Source: Somniosus microcephalus
Taxonomy: Eukaryota
Assembly: GCA_052327205.1 (NCBI GenBank)
Contig: CM126208.1
Coordinates: 164,300,001-164,364,000, forward strand
Length of the DNA: 64,000 bases
Direction of reading: 5' to 3'
This document shows positions 1-10,937 of the stretch, piece after piece. The translations under genes were made by a program, and so were the position numbers. The notes below the pieces were generated by a model that saw nothing but the letters and a program-made list of their open reading frames with translations, searched no databases and was not told the DNA's origin. Position 1 is the first letter of the stretch, and every line of letters starts with the position of its first letter.

Positions 1-1
1 G

Positions 2-1528
2 ATTTAATGAAGCTCCTATCCCCAACACTGTAACGCCTGCTTTTGGTAGCGATGGGCTTACAGTCGCGGGTGAGGTTAGCGAACAAGGAGGGGGGTGGAC
101 TTTAAGGGTGGAGAGGCTGCAAATGGTGCACGGCGGGCGATTTAAAAGCTGCTGGCTGCAGACTGTGAGTGGGGGGAGGGGTCCGTCATACGCTAATGTG
201 ACACTCTTAAGGTGGCACTGAAAATCCAACCCCAGTAGAACGGCAGCGCAGAGATGGGGCAGGACCAGAAGTTTAAAATTTTTGTATTCTGTGCCCCTTA
301 CTGAAAGGGTCACTACACAGTAGCCACCGACGTCCGCTGACTGGGCTTTGGAAGCCAAAGAGATCCGATGGCGCGTCGGCAGGACCGGGAGAGAGTAACT
401 GCGCACCGTGTCGGGGTGGATAAAGCTCTCCGTGCTCCCGCTGTCAAAAAGGCAGGTAGTGGCGCGGCCGTTTACCGTAATATCCATCATGGACCTGGAC
501 AGTTGATGAGGGAGAGATTGGTCCAGCGTCACGGAGGCCAGCGTATGGTCGAGCGAGTCGATGTGGTCGTCAGATGAGGCGGTGGTTGAGTCCGGCTCCC
601 CCGTGGTTGAAGTCGGAGGCGTCCAAGATGGCGGACAAAATGGCGGCGCCCCCGGTCCCGATCCCCACGCGGCTGGGGGAGCCCAAGATGGCGGACAAGA
701 TGGCTGCGCCCACGGTTCGCACGCAGCGCTGCTGGCGTTAGCGGTCTTCCCTTTGCAGGCGCTAACGTAGTGACCTTTCTTCCCGCAGCCGGAGCAGGTA
801 GCATTCTTCGCGGGGCAGCGTGCTCTAGGGTGTTTAGCTTGGCCACAAAAATAGCATTTTTGTGCCTTGGACATCGCTGCAGCAGTCGGAGGTGGCGGTC
901 CCATGGCCCAAGATTGCGGCGTCCACGGCGCGGGGCGACGAGGGGAGAAAGCGTCCATATTTCTGTGGGCCGCGTCGAGCGAGAGCGCGAGGGACACTGC
1001 CTTTGTCAGGTCTATTTCACCCTTCTCCAGCAGCCTCTGCCGGGAGTAGTCGGACCTTAGACCCGCAACGAAAGCGTCTCGTATCAGTCCCTCCGCATGT
1101 GCCGCGGCCGATACTTCCTTGCAGTCGCAGCCGCGTCCGAGTACCCGCAGTGCCCGTAGGAAGGCTTCCACCGATTCCCCGGGCTGCTGTCTGCGAGATC
1201 TTAAAAGGTGCCTGGCATAGACCGTGTTAACCGGGCGTGCATACTGCCCTTTCAGTAGGTCGATAGCCGCCGCGTAGGTCGTCGCATCTTGGATTAAAGT
1301 ATAGACTTGGTGGCTCAGCTTCGAGGCCAGGATTTTCAGTTTATTTTCATCAAGAGTCACGGTCGAGGCTTCCAGATACGCCTCAAAGCAACGCAGCCAT
1401 TGTGCGAATTTAGTCGACGAACCCGCTTCTTGGGGGTCTAGGTCCAGGCATGTTGGTCTGAGGGCTCGCAGCAGCGCCTGCTGCTCAGCGTTTTGCGCCA
1501 TCGGTTGATCAGCATCCGCAGCCAACAT
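2..1528 (-). CDS. Gag-protease(-pol) polyprotein, 5' portion, apparently open to the window edge
   Basis: Manual translation from ATG 1528: MLAADADQPMAQ...LRPTCLDLDPQEAGSSTKFAQWLRCFE; zinc knuckles CYFCGQAKHPRARC and CSGCGKKGHYVSAC; protease CLFDSGSTESFIHP, all in one frame. Absent from the ORF track, consistent with no stop before the edge. Confidence 0.85.
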   Translation of the reverse strand, partial: MLAADADQPMAQNAEQQALLRALRPTCLDLDPQEAGSSTKFAQWLRCFEAYLEASTVTLDENKLKILASKLSHQVYTLIQDATTYAAAIDLLKGQYARPVNTVYARHLLRSRRQQPGESVEAFLRALRVLGRGCDCKEVSAAAHAEGLIRDAFVAGLRSDYSRQRLLEKGEIDLTKAVSLALSLDAAHRNMDAFSPRRPAPWTPQSWAMGPPPPTAAAMSKAQKCYFCGQAKHPRARCPAKNATCSGCGKKGHYVSACKGKTANASSAACEPWAQPSCPPSWAPPAAWGSGPGAPPFCPPSWTPPTSTTGEPDSTTASSDDHIDSLDHTLASVTLDQSLPHQLSRSMMDITVNGRATTCLFDSGSTESFIHPDTVRSYSLPVLPTRHRISLASKAQSADVGGYCVVTLSVRGTEYKNFKLLVLPHLCAAVLLGLDFQCHLKSVTLAYDGPLPPLTVCSQQLLNRPPCTICSLSTLKVHPPPCSLTSPATVSPSLPKAGVTVLGIGASLN

Positions 1529-1547
1529 TTAACTTTGGTAATAAAAT

Positions 1548-1812
1548 TGATGCACTATCAATTGCTACAAAAGACTGGAGATTGAGAAAGTAATAAACAG
1601 GCTTTTATTACCAAAGAACAGAGCATGCCTCTTGTGGTTGCCTGGTATCCAAAAGGGCCGGAGGCTTCTGAGCAGCGACCTTTATACCCAGCCATGAGGG
1701 TGGAGCCAGGGGCGGAGTCAGCTGAGGCATGCACAGACAAGTACAACAATATGCAAGAGTGAACAACAGTACTAACAGTGAACAACAATACTAACAACAG
1801 TGGTTTACCACA
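1548..1812 (-). repeat. 5' LTR (265 bp)
   Basis: TG...CA termini; GC box (CTCCGCCCC), TATAAA and AATAAA on the minus strand; directly upstream of gag. Confidence 0.8.
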
Positions 1813-3095
1813 GATGGTTATTGCTTCAGTTGAAATATTCGCACCCTTATGTTGCCTATTAAAAAAAAACTATTTTTCTCATAAATTATCTTGCCTCCCC
1901 CCTCTGCTCCTGAAGGTGTTAACTCTTTGGTGGGATATTATTCCATGGTTTCCTCTGGCACCTCATCCAAGTGGCCATTATTTAACTGCAAAGGGAATTA
2001 CAGTCAAGCCTGTCCTGTCTTTACATGACCTTCACACCTATGCACTTCCCAGCAAAAGTCATGGATAATGATCAGGAGCTTGAACCGTGGCCAATTTTCC
2101 CCTCATTATCCCTAGGTACTAAGCTAATTGTGGTGCCTATGGCCGTCCCTTCTGGGATCATCTAACTGGGGATTGAACCTGGAATCTTACTGGTCTTATG
2201 ACTGGTCTTCAGCTACTCAATGTGTTACCTTTACACTACAATTTTGGCAGTGAGGCCACGTCTCTGTGGTGCTTCGCTGATACTACGAGGGCCATTTTAC
2301 GGGTTTGCATTCCAAGCTCAGACCTTCATCTGCTGGGAGCACATATTGGGAACAGACAGGCTCCAAAGTTCCGATACGCGCTTGTGCTGCTTGGCTAAAT
2401 ATCCTACACTCTATCTAGTCTCGCACAATATTTCTTATTTGAAAAAAAGCACTTTTAACAGCACCGTATTCCCTTAGTACCTCATTGGAGGGTCAGCCTA
2501 GATTATTATTTCTGACGCACGAGTGACTGTGCTACTAACTGAGCCAAGCTGACAGACTCGAAAGAGTGGAGAAAACTAGAAAAAACTTGTAGGTTCAAAT
2601 GCCTGTGGATTCAAAACATATATTTATTCGGTGACAATTCTGATACACATGCAACTCGGTGCTGATGCCTGAAGGTTTTTATTTTGTTGACAGCCCATGT
2701 TGCTAACAAAAATTAAAAAATTGGAAGTTGTGTCAGTTCTAAATAATCTTTAGTTGACCGGAAGCACTATTTCAAATTACTGCAATGTAAACATGATTTT
2801 ATATTTTGTGTGAGGAAAATAAACCTTTCCCTAGGATCTCTGTGAGCCTTTATTGTTTGGACTGGACAAATTTAGCCATCACAGATCCATTATATTTTAA
2901 TCATCTTAATTTTTTCTCCTTTGTACAAACTAAAGTGTAGATTTTATCTGATGTTAAATTTGTTTATGTTTAAAACAATTTTTGTGTGACAGTTCTCTTC
3001 TATACCAATATTTCTCACCTCCCCATGTCTTCTGCTGAGGGCTATAGTTAAAACATCTCTTGGGGCGTTGTTCATGGTGAGTTGGAGGTTAAACT

Positions 3096-5650
3096 GGGGG
3101 TGAAATTGGGCTTGGTCGCGCTCGTTTGTTGGGTGCTACAAGGTCCCTTAAGGTTCCAAAATGGCTGTGGCACGTGTGTACACTTCTGACGCAAAGTGCA
3201 CCAGACACCATATTGGTAAAAGAGTAAGCGCGTGCACCTAACTTCCATGGGAAGTATTCAGAGCAGGCAGATCATAACATCAATCAGCATGCAATGCTTA
3301 TTTGACACCAGCGCTGCCATTTTGGAGCTCCACGCTCCAGCCTGTGCCCTCTCTCAACCTCCCATAGCTGAACACGCATTCAACAGCATGAAGGACTCCC
3401 CATCAGCGCAATTTAAAGGGATCATCAACTACTTACAGGTTAGTTGCTGGATTATTTTTTTTGGCTGTTGTTGCAATTCTATGCGTTTTGGGTGCTTTTC
3501 CCAAAAGTTTCAAAGTTTCAATAATCTACAGAGAGTAAGCTTGCAAGGAACATAAAAGCGGACTGTAAAAGCTTCTACAAGTATGTAAAAAGAAAAAGAT
3601 TAGTGAAGACAAATGTAGGTCCCTTACTGTCAGAAACGGGACAATTTATAATGGGGAACAAGGAAATGGCAGAGCAATTAAACAAATACTTTGGTTTTCT
3701 CTTCACAGAAGAGGACACAAATAACTTCCCAGAAATGCGAGGGAACCAAGGGTCTAGTGAGAAGGAGGAATTAAAGGAAATTAGTATTAGTAAAAAAATA
3801 GAGCTGGAGAAATTAATGGGACTGAAAGCCAATAAATCCCCAGGGCCTGATAATCTGCATCCCAGAGTACTAAAAGAGGTAGCCATGGAAATAATGGATG
3901 CATTGATTGTCATCTTCCAAAATTCTATAGATTATGGAACAATTTCTGCAGATTGGAGGGTGTCAAATGTAACCCCACTATTTAAAAAAGGAAGAAGAGA
4001 GATAACAGGGAACTACAGACCAGTTAGCCTAACATCAGTAGTAGGGAAAATGCTAGGGTCTATTATAAAGGATGTGATACTAGGACACTTAGAAAATATC
4101 AACGGGATTAGACAAAGTCAACATGGATTTATGAAAGGGAAATCGTGTTTGACAAACTTACCGGAGTTTTTTGAGGATGTAACTGGTAGAATAGATAAGG
4201 GAGAACCAGTGGATGTGGCGTATTTTGATTTTCAGAAGGTCTTTGATAAAGTTCCACATAAGAGGTTAGTGTGCAAAATTAAAGCACATGGGATTGGGGG
4301 TAATATACTGGCATGGATTGAAAATTGGTTAACTGACAGGAAAGAGAGAGTAGGAATAAATGGATCTTTTTTGGGGTGGCAGGCGGTGACTAGTGGGGTA
4401 CCACAGGGATCAGTGCTTGGGCCCCAGCTATTCACAATATATATCAATGATTTGGATGAGGGAACCAAATGTAATATTTCCAAGTTTGCTGATGACACAA
4501 AACTAGGTGGGATTGTGAGTTGTGAGGAGGATGCAAAGAGGCTTCAAGGCGATTTAGACAAGTTGAGTGAGTGGGCAAATACATGGCAGGTGCAGTATAA
4601 TGTGGATAAATGTGAAGTTATCCACTTTGGTAGGAAAAACAGAAAGGCAGAGAATTATTTAAATGTGATAGATTGGGAAATGTTGATGTACAGAGGGACT
4701 TGGGTGTCCTTGTACACCAGTCACTGAAAGCAAACATGCAGGTACAGCAAGAGTTAGGAAGGCAAATGGTATGTTGGCCTTCATTGCAAGAGGATTTGAG
4801 TACAGGAGCAAGGGTGTCTTACTACAGTTATACAGGGCCTTGGTGAGACCACACCTAGAGTACTGTGTGCAGTTTTGGTCTCCTTACCTAAGAAAGGATA
4901 TGCTTGCCATAGAGGGAGTGCAGCGAAGGTTCACCAGACTGATTCCTGGGATGGCAGGACTGTCGTATGAGGAGAGAGTGGGTCGACTAGGCCTGTATTC
5001 ACTAGAGTTTAGAAGAATGAGAGGGGATCTCATTGAAACGTATAAAATTCTGACAGAGCTAAACAGGCTGGATGCAGGAAGTATGTTTCCCCTGGCTGTG
5101 GGGGTTCTAGAACAAGGGATCACAGTCTCAGGATAAGGGGTAGGACATTTAGGACTGAGATGAGGAGAAATGTCTTCACTCAGAGGGTGGTGAACTTGTG
5201 GCATTCTCTACCACAGAAGGCTGTGGAGGCCAAGTCACTGAATATATTTAAGAAGGAGATAGATAGATTTCTAGACATAAAAAGCATCAAGTGATATGGG
5301 GAGAGAGTGGGAATATGGTATTGAGATAGAGGATCAGCCATGATCATATTGAATGGTGGAGCAGGCTCGAAGGGCCGAATGGCCTACTCCTGCTCCTATT
5401 TATTTTCTATGTTTCTACAGGAAACAGTCTGGCCATTCCCCTGTACTATCTGAGTCTGAGTGCTGCAGTGGAAGAGCCAAAGTACTTAAAAGCTTGTGCT
5501 AAAAAGTGTTGCTTCCAGACATGGGTGGCCATAGTAGGGCTTCTTCTTGGCATTGAACATGATTAGGAGAATGAGCAGAGGCCACGCAGGGCAGGACAAG
5601 CTGCTAGAAGAGGGAGGAGAAGGAGGGGGAGAAGGGCTCTTAAGAGGAGT
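3096..5650 (+). mobile_element. Degenerate PIF/Harbinger left arm with transposase N-terminal remnant, interrupted by a CR1
   Basis: Starts GGGGGTGAAATT (same terminal pattern as other Harbinger ends here); 3100-3530 and 5420-5650 resemble 31265-31900, including the Arg-rich transposase start. Confidence 0.55.
3533..5417 (+). mobile_element. CR1-clade LINE, 5'-truncated (RT and C-terminal part of ORF2, frameshifted)
   Basis: ORFs 3603-4727 ([18 protein letters not shown]) and 4771-5136; typical 3' UTR ending TTCTATGTTTCTA; TCTACAG at both junctions. Confidence 0.95.
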
Positions 5651-5727
5651 GCTATGATGTCCTGGAAGCCCCTTTGCACACTGGTATCCAGAGCCAGTCT
5701 GAGCTTCTACTGTAGCACTCAGACTCA

Positions 5728-5945
5728 GACAGTGCTGGGCAATGGCCCTGGGCTTTGATAGTACTGGGCAATGGCCCTGGGCTCTGATAGTACTGGAGAA
5801 TGGCCCTGGGCTTTGATAGGACTGGGGAATGGCCCTGGGCTTTGATAGTACTGGTTAATGGCCCTGGGCTTTGATAGTACTGGGGAATGTCCCTGGGCTT
5901 TGATAGTACTGGGGAATGGCCCTGGGCTTTGATAGTACTGGGGAG
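5728..5945. repeat. 29-bp minisatellite, ~7.5 copies
   Basis: Unit GATAGTACTGGGGAATGGCCCTGGGCTTT starting at 5728, 5757, 5786, 5815, 5844, 5873, 5902, 5931. Confidence 0.95.
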
Positions 5946-6606
5946 TATGTCTTGGAGTTTGGCAGCACTCTGGTGGGGCTGCAAGGGTTTGGTAACATGG
6001 GAGCATGCTTTGGGCAGACTCTGGGTGAGTGGCAGGAGGTGAGATTGCACCGCCCAATGACTTTGCATAGAGGCCCAAGACATTTTAATTGTCAGGCCTT
6101 ATTTCAGTATACATGACAAAATGGAAGCCCTGAACCAGCACTTCATGGCAGCTCGCCATTTGGTGTTCATAGAATCATAAAATCATAGAGCGGTCGGAGA
6201 TAAAGATAGGCCCGAGAGCCCAGAGACCGGAGGGAGCGTGGGCATCAGGGAGTGGGGTGAAAAAACCTAAAGTTACGTTAGCACAAGGGAAGGAGCTGAT
6301 TGGTGAGTAGCTGGTGATTGTTTATTTTCATGTCCTGAGTTTATTTCTGTTAAGTTAGTTAATAGAGGCATTGCAGGGCACCTCAGTCCTGTGGAATGCA
6401 CATCCTGTGCCATGTGGGAACTCCAGGATGCTTCCCATGTCCTGGACAACTATACAGGAAGTGTCATCAGCTGGAGGAGCTCGAGCTCTGGGTTTCGGAG
6501 CTTGAGCAGCAGCTGGTGTCACCATGGTGCATCCGTAAGGCTGAGAGCTACGTGGATAGCACATTTCAGGAGGTGGTCACCCCACAGCTTAAGAGTGTGC
6601 AGCCAG

Positions 6607-8931
6607 TAGGGTTGCAAAGGGGTGGAAAGTTTCCAGTAAATTTCTGGTAAATTTCCGGAAATTTTCCACGGGAAGTTTAGCTTGGGAATTTTGCCCAAAA
6701 AAGCACATGCTAGCATAATATTGTTTTTTTTGTATTTCTTTCTTTTTTTTCCACAGGTCCTCTCTTAAAATTACTAACAGAGATGGAATCTTAATTACTA
6801 AGGAATTTCTTAATCAATATATGTTTATCTTCTTACTTGGCTTGTTTTAATAATTACAAGTTTTGTGTGTGACTGTGAACAAATGTGTCCTGATTGGTTG
6901 GATGAGTGGATGAGCGATTAGCTCCCTCTATTTGTAATATTTGCATATCGAATTGTGATTGGCCTGCAGGCATCTGTAAGACTGCTATAGTTTTTTTAAG
7001 ATCCAGGTTAGGGGTCCTGAGGGAAGTCATTTTGTTTTCTGCTGATGTTGTGATGATGCAGTAAGTAAATCAGACTTTATACGAAATAAACCAGTTACTT
7101 GTTGAACTCTGTTGTCCTTCAATTTAAAATATACAAAATAATACCCTATTGGTGATGTAGCGTCGTGTGTGTACAGGTCATGCTTCCATCACATGGAGCA
7201 TCAGCAAAAATGTACTCACCCTGTTGCAATCGTGCTGATCGACCGCAGTTCGACACAGAGATGAATGCCCTTTATTTCTCTGCATAGAACAATGCCACGT
7301 TTACCGTCGGATGTGTGGAAGCATTTTACCCCAGGCATTAAAGATGGAAAGACTGTGTACATGTGCAAACACTGTAGAAAGCCATATGTAAAGAATGCCA
7401 CAAAGATGCAGCAGCATTTATCCAACGATCTTGGATCACAATAGGTCTTTGCAGTAGTTACTGACAATGCTGCGAATATGAAGGCTGCTTGGGTTCAAGT
7501 GGAGGAGGCCTACCCTCATATTACGTCTATTGGGTGCGCAGCTCATGGGCTTAACCTGCTCCTCAAGGACATCATGGGTTTGAGAACCATGGAAGCACTG
7601 TACAAGAGAGCCAAGCAAGTTGTTAAGAATGTCAGGGGAAAACAGGTAGTTGCAGCAACCTACAACTCCAAGCAAATGACAAAGAACAAGAACACCACAC
7701 TGAAGCTGCCCAACAACACTAGATGGGGTGGTGTTGTCATAATGTACAACAGCCTTCTGGAGGGTAAGGAGTCGCTGCAAGAAATGGCAATATCCCAGTC
7801 TGGGGATATGGAAACCACCATCAAGAAAATACTGCTGGATGATGTGTTTTGGGAGAGAGTGGTTAGCAGCCTTAAACTACTCTCACCAGTAGCATCTGCA
7901 ATTGTTCAGATTGAAGGAGATGACGCTGTCTTGTCAGATGTTCTCAGGCTTTTTATTGATTTAAAAGAACAAATCAGCATTGCCCTTACCCACATCCCTG
8001 CTGCTCAAAGCAGAGAAGGCAATTGTTCAATTCATACAGACGCATCAAGAATTTTGTGTCAAGCCGATTCATGCTGCAGCATACATGCTGGACCCAAAGC
8101 ATGTCGGGAGACCAATACTTTCTGGAGAACAGATCAACAGCGCTTACAGTGTGATTTCTACCCTCTCACACCATCTCAATCTGGATGTGGGCAAAGTTCT
8201 GGGAAGTCTGGCAAAGTTCTCTACCAAGCAAGGTCTTTGGAATGGGGATGGGATATGGGAATCATGCAAGCGTATCAGTGCACATACCTGGTGGAAGGGA
8301 CTTTGTGCATCTGAGGCCCTGTCACCTATTGCATCGGTGATACTCCAAATCCCACCTTCATCAGCGGCCTCTGAACGAAACTGGTCACTTTTTGGGAATA
8401 CGCATACAAAGGTGCGCAACAGGCTGACTAACAAGAGAGTGGAGAAACTGGTGGCTATCTGGGCGAACCTACAACTTATTGAGCCAGATACAGAAGTGTC
8501 CACCACACAGCTAGACACTGACACAGAGGAGGAAATGGACACGTCAGAGCCAGAGTCAGAGAATCAGGAGGAGCAATGAGGAGTAGAAGACTCAGAAGAC
8601 TCATGAGTAGAAGACTCAAAGGGACAAAATAAGGACAAATTACAGGCTAAATAAGCTGACGCTCTTTTTATTTTATTTTAGATGGGTCTTTTTTGTGGGG
8701 GTTCAATAAAGTTCAAAATTATAACCTAAATAAAGTTTTGAAAGCCTGTTTTTATTTGTATGGAACAGTATGTCTATTTTGACGACAAAGACAATATAAG
8801 GGTCAGAGACAAAAACCATCAGTGTGCAAAAAAACTCAAAATTCCCATAAATTCCCCAAATTCCCATAAATTCCCGAAAATTCCCATGGAAAGTTTCCTC
8901 TTTTAAAAATTCCCAGAATTTTGCAACCCTA
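6607..8931 (+). mobile_element. hAT DNA transposon, internally deleted
   Basis: 12-bp TIRs TAGGGTTGCAAA / TTTGCAACCCTA; 8-bp TSD GCAGCCAG (6599-6606, 8932-8939); subterminal AAATTCCC repeats. Confidence 0.95.
7292..8579 (+). pseudogene. hAT transposase pseudogene (BED zinc finger, catalytic core, C-terminal dimerisation domain)
   Basis: MPRLPSDVWKHF...CKHC...MQQHL fused by deletion to VVTDNAANMKAAW, CAAHGLNLL, TRWG; in-frame TAG near 7442; frameshift near 7990; IPPSSAASERNWS. Confidence 0.9.
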
Positions 8932-10255
8932 GCAGCCAGAGAGGGAATGGGTGAGTGCCAGACAGACAAGAAAGACCAGGCAGGTAGTGCAGGAGTCCCC
9001 TGACTGCATCTCGCTCTCCAACCGGTATTCTGTTCTGAATACTGGTGAGGGCGATGGTTCCTCTGGGGAGTACAGCCAGAGCCAAGTCCACGGCACCATG
9101 GGTGGCTCAGCTGTACGGGGGTGGTGGAGGGAAGGGGAGGAAGATCGGGAAAGCAATAGTTATAGGGGATTCAATAGTTAGGGGAACAAGCAGGCGTTTC
9201 TGCGGCCACAGATGTGATTCCAGGATGGTCTGTTGCCTCCCTGGTGCCAGGGTCAAGGATGTCACTGAGCGAATATTCTGAGGGGGCTGGGTGAAAAACC
9301 AGAGGTCACGGTCCATATTGGTATCAACGACATAGGTAGAAAGAGGGTTGAGGTCCTGCAAGCAGATTTTAGGGAGCTAGGAAAGAGATTAATAAGCAGG
9401 ACCTCAAAGGTAGTAATCTCCGGATTGCTCCTGGTGCCATGAGGTAGTGAGTATAGAAATAGGAGGATAGAGCAGATGAATGCGTGGCTGGAGAGATGGT
9501 GCAGGAGGGAGAGCTTTAGATTCCTGAGACATTGGGACTGGTTCTGGGGGTGATGGGACCTGTACAGGCCAGACGGGTTGTACCAATATCCTCAAGGGCG
9601 GGTTTGCTAGTGCTGTTGGAGAGGGTTTAAACTAATTTGGCAGGGGGATAGGCACCAGGAGGAAGCATTAGAAAGGATAAATAAGGTGTACAAAGGATTA
9701 AGAGAGACGGATAGCATTAGAGTTAGAAATAGTACGGTATTAGGTGGGGTCAGACTGAGAGAGAATAGAAGAAGGCCTAAGATAGGTTTACAGTGCATGT
9801 ATGTAAATGCACAAAGTGTGGTAAATAAGATTGGTGAGCTGCAGGCGCAAATAGCCACATGGGAATATGATGTCATGGTGATAACGGAGATCTGGCTCAA
9901 AAAAGGGCAGGATTGGGTACTAAATATTCCTGGATATAAGGTGTTCAGGAAAGAGAGGGAAGAAGAGATAGGAGGTGGGATGGCAGTATTGATTAAGGAG
10001 AATGTTACAGTGCTGGGGAGAGAGGATTTCCTGGAGGGGTCTGTAGTGTATGTACCTTTAAGAGAGAACTACTTTTACAGCTCCTGTATACTGTAGTACC
10101 GGCAGTGACCACACCTGTATATAAGCCCTGAGCAGGGATCTGTACTGTTAGTTTTTTAGACTACCCTCATCCAGTAAACACCTGTTGATTGTTAATCTGC
10201 AGTCTCCGTCTATTTATTGAAGAACACCATACCTTAAGATTCATGGATTTAACAG

Positions 10256-10266
10256 TGGCGACGAGG
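10256..10266 (+). promoter_or_regulatory. Primer-binding site complementary to tRNA-Ser(GCU) 3' end
   Basis: TGGCGACGAGG one base after the 5' LTR; matches the ...CCTCGTCGCCA end of vertebrate tRNA-Ser(GCU); same motif at 23130-23140 (-). Confidence 0.75.
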
Positions 10267-10937
10267 TCGATTCGACCCTACCTGCAACTCTGCATTTCCT
10301 CCCAGGGATTCGCTCCTGGAGGACAGTGGAAGAAAGTCGAGGCCAGAAGCACGGGCGTCGACCACGAGCAACCGCCCAGTCATCCAGCAGAGAGTGAGCA
10401 TCGCAGGGGAGGCTGTTGAGAGCTGGGCTTGGTTCTCCAGCCACGATGATCCAGCAACAGCCTGGCAACAGGTACAGCGCAGACCCTTCCCGGACAGCGG
10501 CGGCTGGAGCCGACCGACGGCACAGAAAAGGCCAAGCAGCGTCGACGGGGTAAGAGAGAGGGTAAAGCACACAGGGCGCAGCCGGGGGTTGAAGACCGAG
10601 CGGCGTCGACGGAAAACAAAAAGAGAGAGAGGGTAAAGCACAGCCGGGGTTCAGGACCGAGCGTCGGCAATGAGAGAGGCGCACAGGAGAACGTGCAGAG
10701 CGCAGCCAGGGCTCAAGGGCTGAGCAGCGTCTGCGGGGGAAGAAAGGAAGCACGGGAGATGCCATTTGAGCCACAGAGAAGAAGGGAGGGCGCGGGAGAC
10801 GCCATTTTTGAAGCCGCAGTGGAGAAGAAGGGCGAGCGCGGGAAAAAAAGGAAGCGCGGGAGACGCCATTTTGAGCCAGCGGAGAAGAAGGGAGAGCGCG
10901 GGAGACGCCATTTTAGCCAGTCTAACCACACCCAGGG

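Larger units (their letters stand above)
1..1812 (-). mobile_element. Gypsy/Ty3 LTR retrotransposon, 5' part (LTR + gag-protease), truncated by the window edge
   Basis: Minus-strand LTR TGTGGTAAACC...GTGCATCA (1812-1548) followed by gag-protease ORF homologous to the element at 35229-39578. Confidence 0.9.

Noticed and set aside
3575-4498. Antisense ORFs over CR1 and Gypsy coding regions (here and throughout)
   Set aside because: Shadow ORFs of TE reading frames, recurring in every copy and lacking independent motifs
5728-5945. CRISPR-like 29-bp repeats
   Set aside because: Units are contiguous with no unique spacers, no cas genes, vertebrate-type context: a minisatellite
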